The notes under the pieces were generated by a model. The model searched no databases and was not told the origin of the DNA. It saw nothing but the letters and a program-made list of their open reading frames with translations. Below are positions 55,553-64,000 of a stretch of 64,000 nucleotides of DNA, in pieces. The number at the start of each line of letters is the position of its first letter. Within the stretch, counting starts at the first letter, position 1. Source of the DNA: Phycisphaerae bacterium (GTDB lineage Bacteria; Planctomycetota; Phycisphaerae; Phycisphaerales; UBA1924); assembly GCA_022180725.1 (NCBI GenBank), contig BQMO01000020.1, positions 3,380-67,379 on the forward strand. The letters run 5' to 3'. Position numbers and translations under genes: made by a program.

Positions 55553-56899
55553 TCAGCCCGCGCCCGTGCCGCCCCGGGCGGCCTCGGCGCCGCGGCGCTC
55601 GTCCACGCTCAGCGTGATCAGCAGCCCGATCAGGATGAACCCCGCCAGCACCAGCAGCGAGGCCGGCGTCCCCAGCCGATCCTTCACCAGCGCGAATGGC
55701 ACCACCAGCACCGCCGCCAGTTTGAAGACCATGCCCCACAGGCCGAAGACCTCCGCGGTGCGCGATTCGGGCGTGAAGTACCCCACGAAGGCCCGGTTGG
55801 CCGACCCCAGCGACCCCAGCCCGAACCCGATCAGGTTTCCGAAGATCCACAAGGGCCAGGCGGGCACCGTGCCAGGGCTGCGCAGCCGCAGATGCGCGAA
55901 GAGCGCGAATGCCCCCGCCGTCACCAGCCACACCAGCAGCAGGAGGATCGTCGTCCGCTTGTGCCCGAGGCGGTCCTGGAAGTACGTGGGCAGGAGCGTG
56001 CCGACGATGCCCGACACGGTGATGACGGCGACGAACACGACCAGGGCCTCGTCCTTGAACCCGAACTGCACCGCGAGGATCGACGCGAAGAAGATGATGA
56101 CGTTCATCCCCGCACCGTAGAAGAGCGACGCCACCAGCAGCCGCGCCAGGTCCCGGTACTCCTTCACGCGGCGAAGACTCTCGGCCAGGCGCACGAATCC
56201 CACCGTCCACACGTTGCGGGCCGCGTGCGTCGCCGCGCCCCGCGGCTCACGCAGCACGACGAGCGTGGGGATGGTGAACGCGAAGAACCAGACGCCGGAG
56301 AGCACGAAGAATGGCCTCCACCGGTCCGGATCCTGCAGCCCCAGAAGCATCATCGTGCCCGCGGTGAGCACCAGCAGCACCAGGGCCGCCCCGTACGCGA
56401 CCGCCCACGAGAAGCCCGACACCCGCCCGAAGTCTTCCCGTCGCGCCAAGACCGGCAGGAACGACGCCAGGAAGTTCTCCCCGATCGAGAACATGAAGTT
56501 TGCGGGGATGTAGATGAGCGCGGCGAGCCACACCTGATCGGGTTGAATCACGCCCAGAAGACACGTCATCACGGCGCACGAGAACCCGGTGACGAGCAAC
56601 GCCGCCTTTTTCCACGAGCGTTCGTCCGCCACGGCCCCGGCCACGGGCGAGGCGAGCACCACCAGCAGCATCGACGCCGCCGTCACGATCGACCACAGCG
56701 TCGACGGGTGGGCCGACCCGCGCGCCACGATCTTCTCGAAGAACACGGGAAAAAGCAGCGTGTTGATGATGAGCGTGAACGACTGGTTCGCTACGTCGAA
56801 GGAGATCCACGACCAGATCTGCCCCTGGTTAGGCAGGCCGCGGAGCGGGTAGAAGCGGGCGAGGGACATCCGGCGAGCGTATGGGCAGTGGTCAACCAT
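55553..56899 (-). CDS. MFS transporter (UMF1/Atg22-like family)
   Basis: WSWISFDVANQSFTLIINTLLFPVFF is the typical N-terminus of this family. 12 TM helices. An alternative start is ATG 56869. Confidence 0.8.
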   Translation of the reverse strand: MVDHCPYARRMSLARFYPLRGLPNQGQIWSWISFDVANQSFTLIINTLLFPVFFEKIVARGSAHPSTLWSIVTAASMLLVVLASPVAGAVADERSWKKAALLVTGFSCAVMTCLLGVIQPDQVWLAALIYIPANFMFSIGENFLASFLPVLARREDFGRVSGFSWAVAYGAALVLLVLTAGTMMLLGLQDPDRWRPFFVLSGVWFFAFTIPTLVVLREPRGAATHAARNVWTVGFVRLAESLRRVKEYRDLARLLVASLFYGAGMNVIIFFASILAVQFGFKDEALVVFVAVITVSGIVGTLLPTYFQDRLGHKRTTILLLLVWLVTAGAFALFAHLRLRSPGTVPAWPLWIFGNLIGFGLGSLGSANRAFVGYFTPESRTAEVFGLWGMVFKLAAVLVVPFALVKDRLGTPASLLVLAGFILIGLLITLSVDERRGAEAARGGTGAG

Positions 56900-56900
56900 G

Positions 56901-56929
56901 AAAAAGGGGCGAGCCGACGGGCTCGCCCC
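56901..56929 (-). terminator. intrinsic terminator after the thioredoxin-like gene
   Basis: On the minus strand, ggggcgagcc-cgtc-ggctcgcccc is followed by ttttt. It ends 2 nt before the MFS ATG at 56899. Confidence 0.55.
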
Positions 56930-56953
56930 CGAACATCCACGCGATCATTCCGT

Positions 56954-58384
56954 TTACCCGCCGGGCTTCTCGTCCTTCGCGTTCTTCGAGGGCATGGGCG
57001 ACGCGGGCATGGGGAGTTTGAACTCCTTCAGCAGCCCGTCGATCTTCTCGGCCTCCTCGGCGGGGTCGCCGCCGGGGTGCAGCCCGCGGAAGCGCACCAC
57101 GCCCGCGGGGTCGATGATGGCTACGTGCGGGATCCCCCGCACGCCGTACTGCGGGTTGAAGACGTTGGTCTCGCCGAACGCCACCGCCCAGGTCATCTCG
57201 AGGTCCTTCATGAACCCGGGCATGAGTTCATATTCCTTCGCGGGGTTGTCCTTCGTGTCGATGCGGCGGTTCTTCGGGTCGGTCGCTTTCTGATCGATGT
57301 GGTACCCCTGGAGGCTCGTGACGCCGAGGATCACGACCGGGAAGCCCTCGTACCGCGCCTGCAACTGGCGGATGTTGGGGAAACTGGCGATGCACGGCCC
57401 GCACCAGGTCGCCCAGAAGTCCAGCACCACCACCTTGCCCTTCAGATCGCTCAGCGAGGTCGCCATTTCGCCCAGCGTCGACCACGTGAACGCGATGTTC
57501 GGGGCCGGGTGCCCGACGAGTTCGCCCCGGGCGTACGCGCCGGTGAGGTACTCCATCGACCGCCCGGCGCTCTGGATCATCCGGGTGGCCATATCGCGGC
57601 GCGAGGTCGCCGCGGCGCGTTGGCCGTCGGCCTCGTCCCCCGCCGGCACCGCGGCGAGCGCCGCCTCGGCCCGCTCGAGTTCCGCCGTCAACGCGGGGAG
57701 AGATCGTTCAATCGCGTCATTCACGGCGAGCCGCACGCGGTCGATCGTCGCGCGGTCCGCGCCGAAGTCGTCATCCGCGATCGTGTCGAAGACGCCCACC
57801 ATCGCCATCGCCGCGCGCGGCGGGAGGTCCGCCTTCAGCACCTTCTCGACCAGCGGCAGCAGCCCCGCGGCCTTGAACTGCTCGGGCGCCACGCCCCCGA
57901 TCGACGACACGATGCTCAGCCCGATCTCCTTCGAGAGAGCCTCCGTCAGGGCCGGGTGCGCCAGCGCGCCCGCGACCGTCGTGGCGACCTGGGTGCGGTA
58001 CGCCTTCACGCCCTCGGCGTCCATCGACGTCGGGCGCGACGAGGCCGCCAGGAGCATCTCATACGCCTTTACGCCGTCCAGGCCGCGGTCGCCGGTCAGC
58101 TCAGCCAGGCGCGTGCGGATCGCCGCGGCCTGGTCCGTCAGCAGCGGGAAGACCCGCGCCTGGTTCAGACGCTCCAACTGCGCCAGCGTCGCCTCGCCCA
58201 AACTCAGGTCCTTGAAGGCCTCCTTGGCCAGTTCGGCCCGGGGGCGGGCCTTCTGCCCCTCCGCGGGCGGCGCGGACAGTTTCGTCAGCGCCTCGCCGAT
58301 CTGGTCATCGGTGGGGGGCGTCGCCAACCCCGCCTGCGTGAAGAGAACCAACGCCGCCGCGCCAAGCCACGATGCACGCTTCAT
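56954..58384 (-). CDS. secreted TlpA/ResA-like thiol:disulfide oxidoreductase with long helical N-terminal domain
   Basis: Signal MKRASWLGAAALVLFTQAGLA (ATG 58384). C-terminal thioredoxin fold with VVVLDFWATWCGPC. Confidence 0.8.
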   Translation of the reverse strand: MKRASWLGAAALVLFTQAGLATPPTDDQIGEALTKLSAPPAEGQKARPRAELAKEAFKDLSLGEATLAQLERLNQARVFPLLTDQAAAIRTRLAELTGDRGLDGVKAYEMLLAASSRPTSMDAEGVKAYRTQVATTVAGALAHPALTEALSKEIGLSIVSSIGGVAPEQFKAAGLLPLVEKVLKADLPPRAAMAMVGVFDTIADDDFGADRATIDRVRLAVNDAIERSLPALTAELERAEAALAAVPAGDEADGQRAAATSRRDMATRMIQSAGRSMEYLTGAYARGELVGHPAPNIAFTWSTLGEMATSLSDLKGKVVVLDFWATWCGPCIASFPNIRQLQARYEGFPVVILGVTSLQGYHIDQKATDPKNRRIDTKDNPAKEYELMPGFMKDLEMTWAVAFGETNVFNPQYGVRGIPHVAIIDPAGVVRFRGLHPGGDPAEEAEKIDGLLKEFKLPMPASPMPSKNAKDEKPGG

Positions 58385-58433
58385 GTTCCAACTCCCGGGG
58401 ATGGTGTGAGTTTGCAACGAATTCCATCGAATC

Positions 58434-59270
58434 CTAGCCCGCGCGCTCGCCGCGCCCCGGAAGCCTGAAAACCTCCTGCAGAAACGCCGTCTGTTCGTTT
58501 TTCGCATCATTCCCGAAGCGCCCGAACCCCGCGTGCTCGTCGGGCGCGCCGGTATTCGCCCAGGCCCGATGCCGGATCAGCCCCGGGTCGGCCCCCCGGG
58601 CCGCGTAGTGCGCCCGCACCGCGTCCAGATACCCCGTCACCGCGTCGTACGGCACCATCCGATCCGTGGTCGTGCTGAGCAGGAGCATCGGTACCGGTCT
58701 CATCCCGGCCAGGTGACGGACGGGGTCCAGCCGGGCCAGTTGCTCGCTCTTCTCCGCGACGTTCCACGGTCCGCGCGACGGGGCCTCATCGCCGAACAGC
58801 CGTTCCAGCCACCCTGTCGTCCCTTCGACGGCGGCGGCGACGAAGTCGTGCCCCTCGCACAGCCGCCGCAACGTCACCATGCCACCCGCCGACATCCCGC
58901 CGACCCCGAGCCGCTCCAAGTCAACCACGCGCTCGAACTCGGGCGCCGCCAGCGCATCGATCACGTGATCGATCTCGCCCAGCATCCGCTCCACCACGTC
59001 GAGCACGCGATCGGGGTGCTGGAGTTTGGCGTCGAATCGCTCGCCGTGCCCCGGCAGATCGAGCGCGACCGCCGCGATGCCCGCGCGAATCCACCGCAGG
59101 TATCGCCCCGGGTCGATCTCCTTGGACACCGTGCGCCCGTGCATCCAGATCACCGTCGGCGCGGGCGTGGCCCAGTCCGGGTGGGCGATGATCGCGGGCA
59201 CGCCCGCGAGCGTTACGCGGCGGGTCCGCTCGGCGAGGGCCTTGGGGAACTGGGCAAAGCGGGGGATCAC
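58434..59270 (-). CDS. alpha/beta hydrolase (dienelactone hydrolase / S9 peptidase-like)
   Basis: Nucleophile elbow GVGGMSAGG, distal Asp and His context (...DRMVP..., ...APDEHAGF). The GTG 59270 start overlaps the upstream stop (GTGA). Confidence 0.7.
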   Translation of the reverse strand: MIPRFAQFPKALAERTRRVTLAGVPAIIAHPDWATPAPTVIWMHGRTVSKEIDPGRYLRWIRAGIAAVALDLPGHGERFDAKLQHPDRVLDVVERMLGEIDHVIDALAAPEFERVVDLERLGVGGMSAGGMVTLRRLCEGHDFVAAAVEGTTGWLERLFGDEAPSRGPWNVAEKSEQLARLDPVRHLAGMRPVPMLLLSTTTDRMVPYDAVTGYLDAVRAHYAARGADPGLIRHRAWANTGAPDEHAGFGRFGNDAKNEQTAFLQEVFRLPGRGERAG

Positions 59271-60697
59271 AGCGCGATCCGGCTTCCGCGCTCGACGGCG
59301 GTGGGGAGCATCGCCGCACGCAACTCGACCACGCTCGTCGCCGTCCGCGGCGAGATCTCGATCACGCAGTCCGGTTCGCCCGCGGGGGTCATCGGCACGT
59401 CCACGCCGCACGCCTGCAGCCACCGTGCCGCCCGCTTCGTTTGCAGCACCTTGGACGTCTCGACGCTGTCCACGCCCGTCGCGTTCTTGATCGGCGCGAA
59501 CTCTTCCAGCCGGTCCGTCTCGTACACGATGCTCGCCCGCGCCAGCGCGAGCGCATCAAAGACGAACTTCTCGAGTTTCACGGCGTTGTTCGCCGTCGGC
59601 GTCACGGGCTGCCCCGTTTCGGGGTTGATGCACGGCACTTTTTTCTCTGCGCGGTGGAAGGGCAGGGCAAACCTCGGATCGGTCGCCAGCCGCTCCAGGA
59701 ACTCCACCCCGATCGCGTGAATGGCGATCGACCCGGCGTTGAACGTGAGCGAACCATCCGGGTTCCGGGCCGTCGTCAGCGCCGCGGGCATGTCCGAGTA
59801 CTCGACCACGCGGACCTTCCCCCCTGCCAGGCAGAACACGCCGACCTTTTCGTCGGGCGAGGCCTTCACCACCATCTTGCTCGACATCTCGCCGGAGGAA
59901 TCTTCCGCCCCCGCGTGCAGCCCCAGGAAGGCCGGGTCGATCACCCGCGCGTGAGGGTTGTCCACCTGGAAGTACGAAAGGTGCTCGATACCCCGGCGTC
60001 GCATGTCGGCCAAGGCGCCGGACACGTGAAGCGCCCGCACGCACCCCCCGTGCCCGTCCGGGTTCGTCGCGATCTCCCCCTTGCTCGCCAGCAGCACCCG
60101 CCCCGTGGCCAGATCGAGCGAGGGCATCACGCCCTGCGGGAAGAACATCACGTCGTCGGCGTTCAGCCCGAAGTACGCGTGCGCCTTGAAGAACGCCACC
60201 GTCGCGTCGTGGTTCAGGGGGCTGGTCATGATGTACCACGGCACGACCGCCCCGTAACGGTCCTTCGCGCCCAGCAGGTTCTCGGCGAACATCTGGAAGA
60301 GCGTCTTCCCCGTCACCGCTCCGGCGGGGAAGCACCCCTTCGGGCCGTCGAACCCCAGGCGCGATCCCTGCCCCCCCGCCACGACGAACGCCGCGACCTT
60401 GCCCGCGCGCACCAGTGCCTCGCCCCGGGCCTTGGCCTCGTGCCGGTGCCACGCCCGCGCCCGGGCCGCGGGGTTGAAGGGGTAATAAGGAACAGGTTTC
60501 AGATCGGCGGGCACCTCCGCGGCTGGTGTGTGCGTGACGTACGTCTCGATCAGCCCGGGCAAGGCGTCCACGTCCAGCGACTGGAGTTGCGCGAGGTAGG
60601 CGACGCGCTGATCGATGGTCAGGCCGTCGAAGTAGCGGAACAGGTGGCCCTGCCCGATCGCTTCGAGACGGGATCGCAGTGTGCTCAGGTCGGTCAT
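59267..60697 (-). CDS. UDP-N-acetylhexosamine pyrophosphorylase, eukaryote-type UDPGP family (UAP1-like)
   Basis: VVAGGQGSRLGFDGPKGCF, WYIMTSPLNHDAT, YFQVDN, EKVGVFCLAGGKVRVVEYSDMP and KLEKFVFD parallel the UAP1/AGX signature blocks. Confidence 0.8.
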   Translation of the reverse strand: MTDLSTLRSRLEAIGQGHLFRYFDGLTIDQRVAYLAQLQSLDVDALPGLIETYVTHTPAAEVPADLKPVPYYPFNPAARARAWHRHEAKARGEALVRAGKVAAFVVAGGQGSRLGFDGPKGCFPAGAVTGKTLFQMFAENLLGAKDRYGAVVPWYIMTSPLNHDATVAFFKAHAYFGLNADDVMFFPQGVMPSLDLATGRVLLASKGEIATNPDGHGGCVRALHVSGALADMRRRGIEHLSYFQVDNPHARVIDPAFLGLHAGAEDSSGEMSSKMVVKASPDEKVGVFCLAGGKVRVVEYSDMPAALTTARNPDGSLTFNAGSIAIHAIGVEFLERLATDPRFALPFHRAEKKVPCINPETGQPVTPTANNAVKLEKFVFDALALARASIVYETDRLEEFAPIKNATGVDSVETSKVLQTKRAARWLQACGVDVPMTPAGEPDCVIEISPRTATSVVELRAAMLPTAVERGSRIAL

Positions 60698-60799
60698 CGC
60701 ACGAATCGTAGCGGTCGCGTCCCGAGCGACGGCGATGTGTTGAGCCGGGGGGGAGCATGGCGCTCGGTAGCGTGCCCCCCGCCGCTACACTCGCGGCGC

Positions 60800-61477
60800 A
60801 TGAGCCTCCTGACCGCCCCGCCCCGCCTGCCCCTGATCGCGCCCTCGGTGCTCGCCGCCGACTTTGCCGCGATGGGTGCGGATTGTCGCAGTGCAATCGA
60901 CGCCGGGGCTGATCTGCTGCATTTGGACGTGATGGACGGGCATTTCGTGCCCAACCTCACCATGGGCCCGGACCTGTGCAGGGCGCTTCGGCGGACGCTG
61001 CCCGAGGCGTACCTCGACGTGCACCTGATGATCACCGACCCCGCGTCGTACGTCGAGCCGTTCGCCAAGGCCGGCGCGAACATGCTCACCTTCCACGTCG
61101 AAGTCGTCGCCCCCGAGCGCATCGCGCCGCTGGCGAAGGCCATCCGCGCCTTGGGCGTCGACGCCGGGCTGGCCATCAACCCGCCCACGCCCGTCGAACG
61201 AATCCTCCCGCACGTCGCCGACGTGGACCTCGTGCTGGTGATGTCCGTGAACCCCGGCTTCGGCGGGCAGGCGTTCATCGCCGAGACCCTGGAGAAGACC
61301 CGCGCGATTCGGCCTCTGCTCCGCCCGTCGCAGCGTCTGGAAATGGATGGCGGGATCGGCCCGAGCAACGCCCGCGCGGTGCGCGAGGCCGGGTGCGATG
61401 TCATCGTGGCCGGATCCTCCTTCTTCGGCGTCGCGCCGGGGCAGCGGTCCGCCGTCGTCGCGTCGCTGCGTGGTTAG
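60800..61477 (+). CDS. rpe: ribulose-phosphate 3-epimerase
   Basis: IAPSVLAADFA, LHLDVMDGHFVPN, HLMI, MSVNPGFGGQ, DGGI. ATG 60800. The upstream part of track ORF 59441.. is an antisense shadow of the UAP1-like gene. Confidence 0.95.
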   Translation: MSLLTAPPRLPLIAPSVLAADFAAMGADCRSAIDAGADLLHLDVMDGHFVPNLTMGPDLCRALRRTLPEAYLDVHLMITDPASYVEPFAKAGANMLTFHVEVVAPERIAPLAKAIRALGVDAGLAINPPTPVERILPHVADVDLVLVMSVNPGFGGQAFIAETLEKTRAIRPLLRPSQRLEMDGGIGPSNARAVREAGCDVIVAGSSFFGVAPGQRSAVVASLRG

Positions 61478-61642
61478 TGCCCGCTTATCGCGTGGATTAT
61501 CGGAGTTCGTTCGTACGCTCGCGTTTCGCGCGGGTTGTGATACACTCCCGCCAACTTGCCACGCCGTCCGATGGAGTGGGAATCGCCCGGACGGCGGAGC
61601 GGGGCGGATGGAAGTCGCCTCACGGGGCACGCGAGGATCAAT

Positions 61643-62497
61643 ATGGCCAAGGCAGCCGCCGACGGGAACGCACGCACGTGGAGCGATGTTCGCCCGCAGC
61701 GCCGCGCCTCGATCCCCGAGGGGATGTGGGTCCGGTGTTCGTCGTGCAGCAAGATGGTCTACAAGCGGCACCTGGAGGCCAACCTCCACGTGTGCCCGGA
61801 ATGCTCGTTCCACAACCGCATCGGAGCCGCCGAGCGGGTGAAGCAACTGGCCGACACGGGCACGTTCCAGGAGATGTTCGCGAACCTGACGCCGACGGAC
61901 CCGCTGGGGTTCAAGGACCTCAAGGGGTACAAGGACCGCCTGTTGGCCGAGCAGATCAAGACTGGACGCGTCGACGCGGTGAAGGCGGGGACGTGCTTCA
62001 TCAAGGGCCGGGCCACCATGCTCTGCTGCCTCGACCTTACGTTCATGATGGGGTCGATGGGGTCGGTCGTGGGCGAGGTGGTGACGCGGAGCATCGAGCA
62101 CGCCACGCGCGATTCTCTGCCGCTGGTGATCGTGAGTTGCTCGGGCGGGGCGCGGATGCAGGAAGCCGGGCTGAGCCTCATGCAGATGGCCAAGACCTCC
62201 GCGGCCCTGGCCCGCTATGACGACGCCGGCGGGCTGTTCATCAGCGTGCTGACCGACCCGACCACGGGCGGGGTGACGGCTTCGTTCGCGATGCTGGGCG
62301 ACGTGATCCTCGCCGAGCCGGACGCGCTCATCGGTTTCGCCGGCCCGCGCGTCATCGCGCAGACTATCCGCCAGGAACTCCCCGAGGGCTTCCAGCGCAG
62401 CGAGTTCCTCCAGAAATCGGGCCTGGTTGACCGCGTCGTGCCGCGGGCGCAGTTGCGCAACGAACTGGCCCGGCTCATCGACTTTGCGGGCAAGTAA
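61643..62497 (+). CDS. accD: acetyl-CoA carboxylase carboxyltransferase beta subunit
   Basis: Zinc ribbon CSSCSKMVYKRHLEANLHVCPECSFH, MGSMGSVVGE, SGGARMQEG. ATG 61643 is preceded by GAGGA. Confidence 0.9.
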   Translation: MAKAAADGNARTWSDVRPQRRASIPEGMWVRCSSCSKMVYKRHLEANLHVCPECSFHNRIGAAERVKQLADTGTFQEMFANLTPTDPLGFKDLKGYKDRLLAEQIKTGRVDAVKAGTCFIKGRATMLCCLDLTFMMGSMGSVVGEVVTRSIEHATRDSLPLVIVSCSGGARMQEAGLSLMQMAKTSAALARYDDAGGLFISVLTDPTTGGVTASFAMLGDVILAEPDALIGFAGPRVIAQTIRQELPEGFQRSEFLQKSGLVDRVVPRAQLRNELARLIDFAGK

Positions 62498-62552
62498 TCG
62501 CCACGTACCGACCCATCCGGCGTGCCCAGCGGCTCGCGACGCGCCGATCCAC

Positions 62553-62583
62553 GAAATAAACCGCCGGCACGCGAGCCGGCGGT
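62553..62583 (-). terminator. intrinsic terminator after the collagen-like gene; the hairpin may also stop accD transcription
   Basis: 9-bp stem accgccggc/gccggcggt. On the minus strand it is followed by tttattt. Confidence 0.5.
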
Positions 62584-62615
62584 CGGGTGTCGTGACGTCG
62601 CGGTGACGGTGGCGA

Positions 62616-64000
62616 TCAGAACTTCCCGATCTTCAGGAAACTGTCCTGCTTCACGGTGATGTTGCTCCCGTTGGAGGAGTTCTGCGCCCAGCGGAGTGTG
62701 AGACTGCCCGCCGTGGACCCGTTGCGGACGTAGCCACGCACGCGCGTGAGGATGAGATCGCCGGCGGCAAAGTCGTTCACGCGCGTGGTGCCCGACGCCG
62801 TGACGGGGATCTCCTGGGTTACGGTCGCGCTGGTCGTGAGTTGCTTGCTCGCAGTCCACAGGATCGTGGCGCCCGTCGGTACCGCGAAGGTGTACTTGAT
62901 GTCCGCGTTGTTGTGTGCCTGTGTGGTCAGAATAAACGCCTCGAACTCGACGTGCTCGTTCGCTTGCAGCGCGTAGGTGAGGTGATCGTCATCCTGAAGC
63001 GTGGTGGTGCTGTTGAGGCTCTCGTCCGCGGCCTTCAGGATCAGCGTGTGCCCAGGCCCGGCGGGTCCCTGGGGTCCTTGCGCACCCGTAGCACCCTGCG
63101 GCCCTTGCGGACCCATCGGACCTTCCGCGCCGTCGGTGCCCGCCGGACCCTGGAGACCTTGAATGCCCTGCGGACCGGCCGGACCCTGCGGCCCCTGCGG
63201 CCCGACTTCGCCCTGCGGACCCTGCGCGCCGACCGGACCTTGCGGGCCGACTTCACCCTGCGGACCCTGCGCGCCGGCCGGCCCCTGCGGGCCTACCTCG
63301 CCCTGCGGACCTTGCGCGCCGGCCGGACCTTGCGGGCCGACTTCACCCTGCGGACCCTGCGGCCCCATCGGACCTTGTGCGCCGTCCTGGCCGTCAGCGC
63401 CGGCCGGCCCTTGCGGGCCGACTTCACCCTGCGGACCTTGCGGACCCTGCGGCCCCATCGGACCTTGTGCGCCGTCCTGGCCGTCAGCGCCGGCCGGCCC
63501 TTGCGGGCCAACTTCACCCTGCGGACCCTGCGCGCCGGCCGGACCTTGCGGGCCGACTTCACCCTGCGGACCCTGCGGCCCCATCGGGCCTTGTGCACCG
63601 TCCTGGCCATCAGCGCCGGCCGGCCCTTGCGGGCCGACTTCACCCTGCGGACCTTGCGGACCTTGCGGACCCTGCGGTCCCATCGGGCCTTGTGCACCGT
63701 CCTGGCCGTCAGCGCCTGCCGGACCCTGCGGGCCGACTTCACCCTGCGGACCCTGCGCGCCGGCCGGCCCCTGCGGGCCTACCTCGCCCTGCGGACCCTG
63801 CGGCCCCATCGGGCCTTGCGCACCGTCCTGGCCGTCAGCGCCTGCCGGACCTTGCGGGCCGACTTCACCCTGCGGACCCTGCGGCCCCATCGGGCCTTGC
63901 GCACCGTCCTGGCCGTCAGCGCCTGCTGGACCTTGCGGGCCGACTTCACCCTGGGGACCCTGCGCGCCGGCCGGACCTTGCGGGCCTACTTCACCCTGGG
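62616..64000 (-). CDS. collagen-like triple-helix repeat protein with about 145-aa non-collagenous C-terminal domain (5' end outside window)
   Basis: Uninterrupted G-X-Y triplets ([27 protein letters not shown]...) run from about 63057 to the window edge. The reading frame stays open past the track start at 63890. The C-terminal domain [27 protein letters not shown]...[13 protein letters not shown] is Thr/Ser/Asn-rich and looks beta-rich. Confidence 0.85.
   Translation of the reverse strand, partial: QGEVGPQGPAGAQGPQGEVGPQGPAGADGQDGAQGPMGPQGPQGEVGPQGPAGADGQDGAQGPMGPQGPQGEVGPQGPAGAQGPQGEVGPQGPAGADGQDGAQGPMGPQGPQGPQGPQGEVGPQGPAGADGQDGAQGPMGPQGPQGEVGPQGPAGAQGPQGEVGPQGPAGADGQDGAQGPMGPQGPQGPQGEVGPQGPAGADGQDGAQGPMGPQGPQGEVGPQGPAGAQGPQGEVGPQGPAGAQGPQGEVGPQGPVGAQGPQGEVGPQGPQGPAGPQGIQGLQGPAGTDGAEGPMGPQGPQGATGAQGPQGPAGPGHTLILKAADESLNSTTTLQDDDHLTYALQANEHVEFEAFILTTQAHNNADIKYTFAVPTGATILWTASKQLTTSATVTQEIPVTASGTTRVNDFAAGDLILTRVRGYVRNGSTAGSLTLRWAQNSSNGSNITVKQDSFLKIGKF
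63057..64000 (-). repeat. tandem coding repeats of the collagen-like gene (modules of 81, 90, 99 and 126 nt)
   Basis: The recurring module start ggccccatcgg (Met codon on the minus strand) was located at about 63361, 63451, 63577, 63676, 63802 and 63883. The length differences come from presence or absence of GPQ triplets and of a 45-nt [15 protein letters not shown] block. Confidence 0.8.

Noticed and set aside
55892-58468. 858-aa + strand ORF antisense to the MFS transporter and the thioredoxin-like gene
   Set aside because: Shadow ORF. It would run straight through the strong terminator hairpin at 56906-56929.
63057-64000. Regular repeats considered as a CRISPR array or as a diversity-generating-retroelement target
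   Set aside because: The repeats are contiguous, in frame and encode G-X-Y triplets without unique spacers. No cas genes, reverse transcriptase or template-repeat copy is present in the window.
62616-64000. Collagen-like gene as part of a prophage tail-fibre module
   Set aside because: This cannot be supported. The visible side is bordered by accD and a terminator, with no phage genes. The upstream side lies outside the window, so the possibility is only noted in the finding and not called.

Overview
Very GC-rich bacterial chromosome segment (G+C judged by eye, not computed). The gene content points to Planctomycetota: a DUF1559/H-X9-DG-type pseudopilin-like protein, an ECF sigma factor paired with a TPR Ser/Thr kinase, dockerin-like modules on secreted proteins, and classical operon genes scattered singly. 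The class cannot be resolved by eye. I call about 56 protein-coding genes, one tRNA-Tyr(GTA), a few intrinsic terminators and two small hairpin-repeat families. I saw no rRNA, CRISPR array, transposase, integrase or phage module.

nt 1-11446 is an accessory cell-surface region. Four Sec-signal proteins of unrelated architecture each end in the same 61-aa Cys-bracketed double EF-hand (dockerin-like) module terminating in ...CP-stop. They are interleaved with a lone pseudopilin-like gene and an ECF-sigma/Ser-Thr-kinase pair.

The remainder is mostly housekeeping: purH, ribE, ruvC, ispH, rlmN, fusA, ileS, smpB, trpB, rpe, accD, hppD, gluQ and others. These genes are packed tightly, often with 4-nt ATGA/GTGA stop-start overlaps between functionally unrelated genes.

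Most notable observations:
1. The recurrent C-terminal module is a candidate sorting or anchoring tag, and three copies are nearly identical at the nucleotide level.
2. A 25-nt REP-like hairpin family shows a compensatory stem change, and one copy sits in frame inside rlmN, which carries two extra loops.
3. A cysteine dioxygenase / class-V aminotransferase / YeiH-type exporter cluster.
4. A collagen-like (G-X-Y) gene built from variable-length tandem modules, running off the 3' edge of the window.
5. A eukaryote-type UDP-GlcNAc pyrophosphorylase.

All functional calls rest on motifs recognised in the supplied translations. No database search or folding computation was possible. Many long ORFs in the track are antisense shadows typical of high-GC DNA and were discarded.
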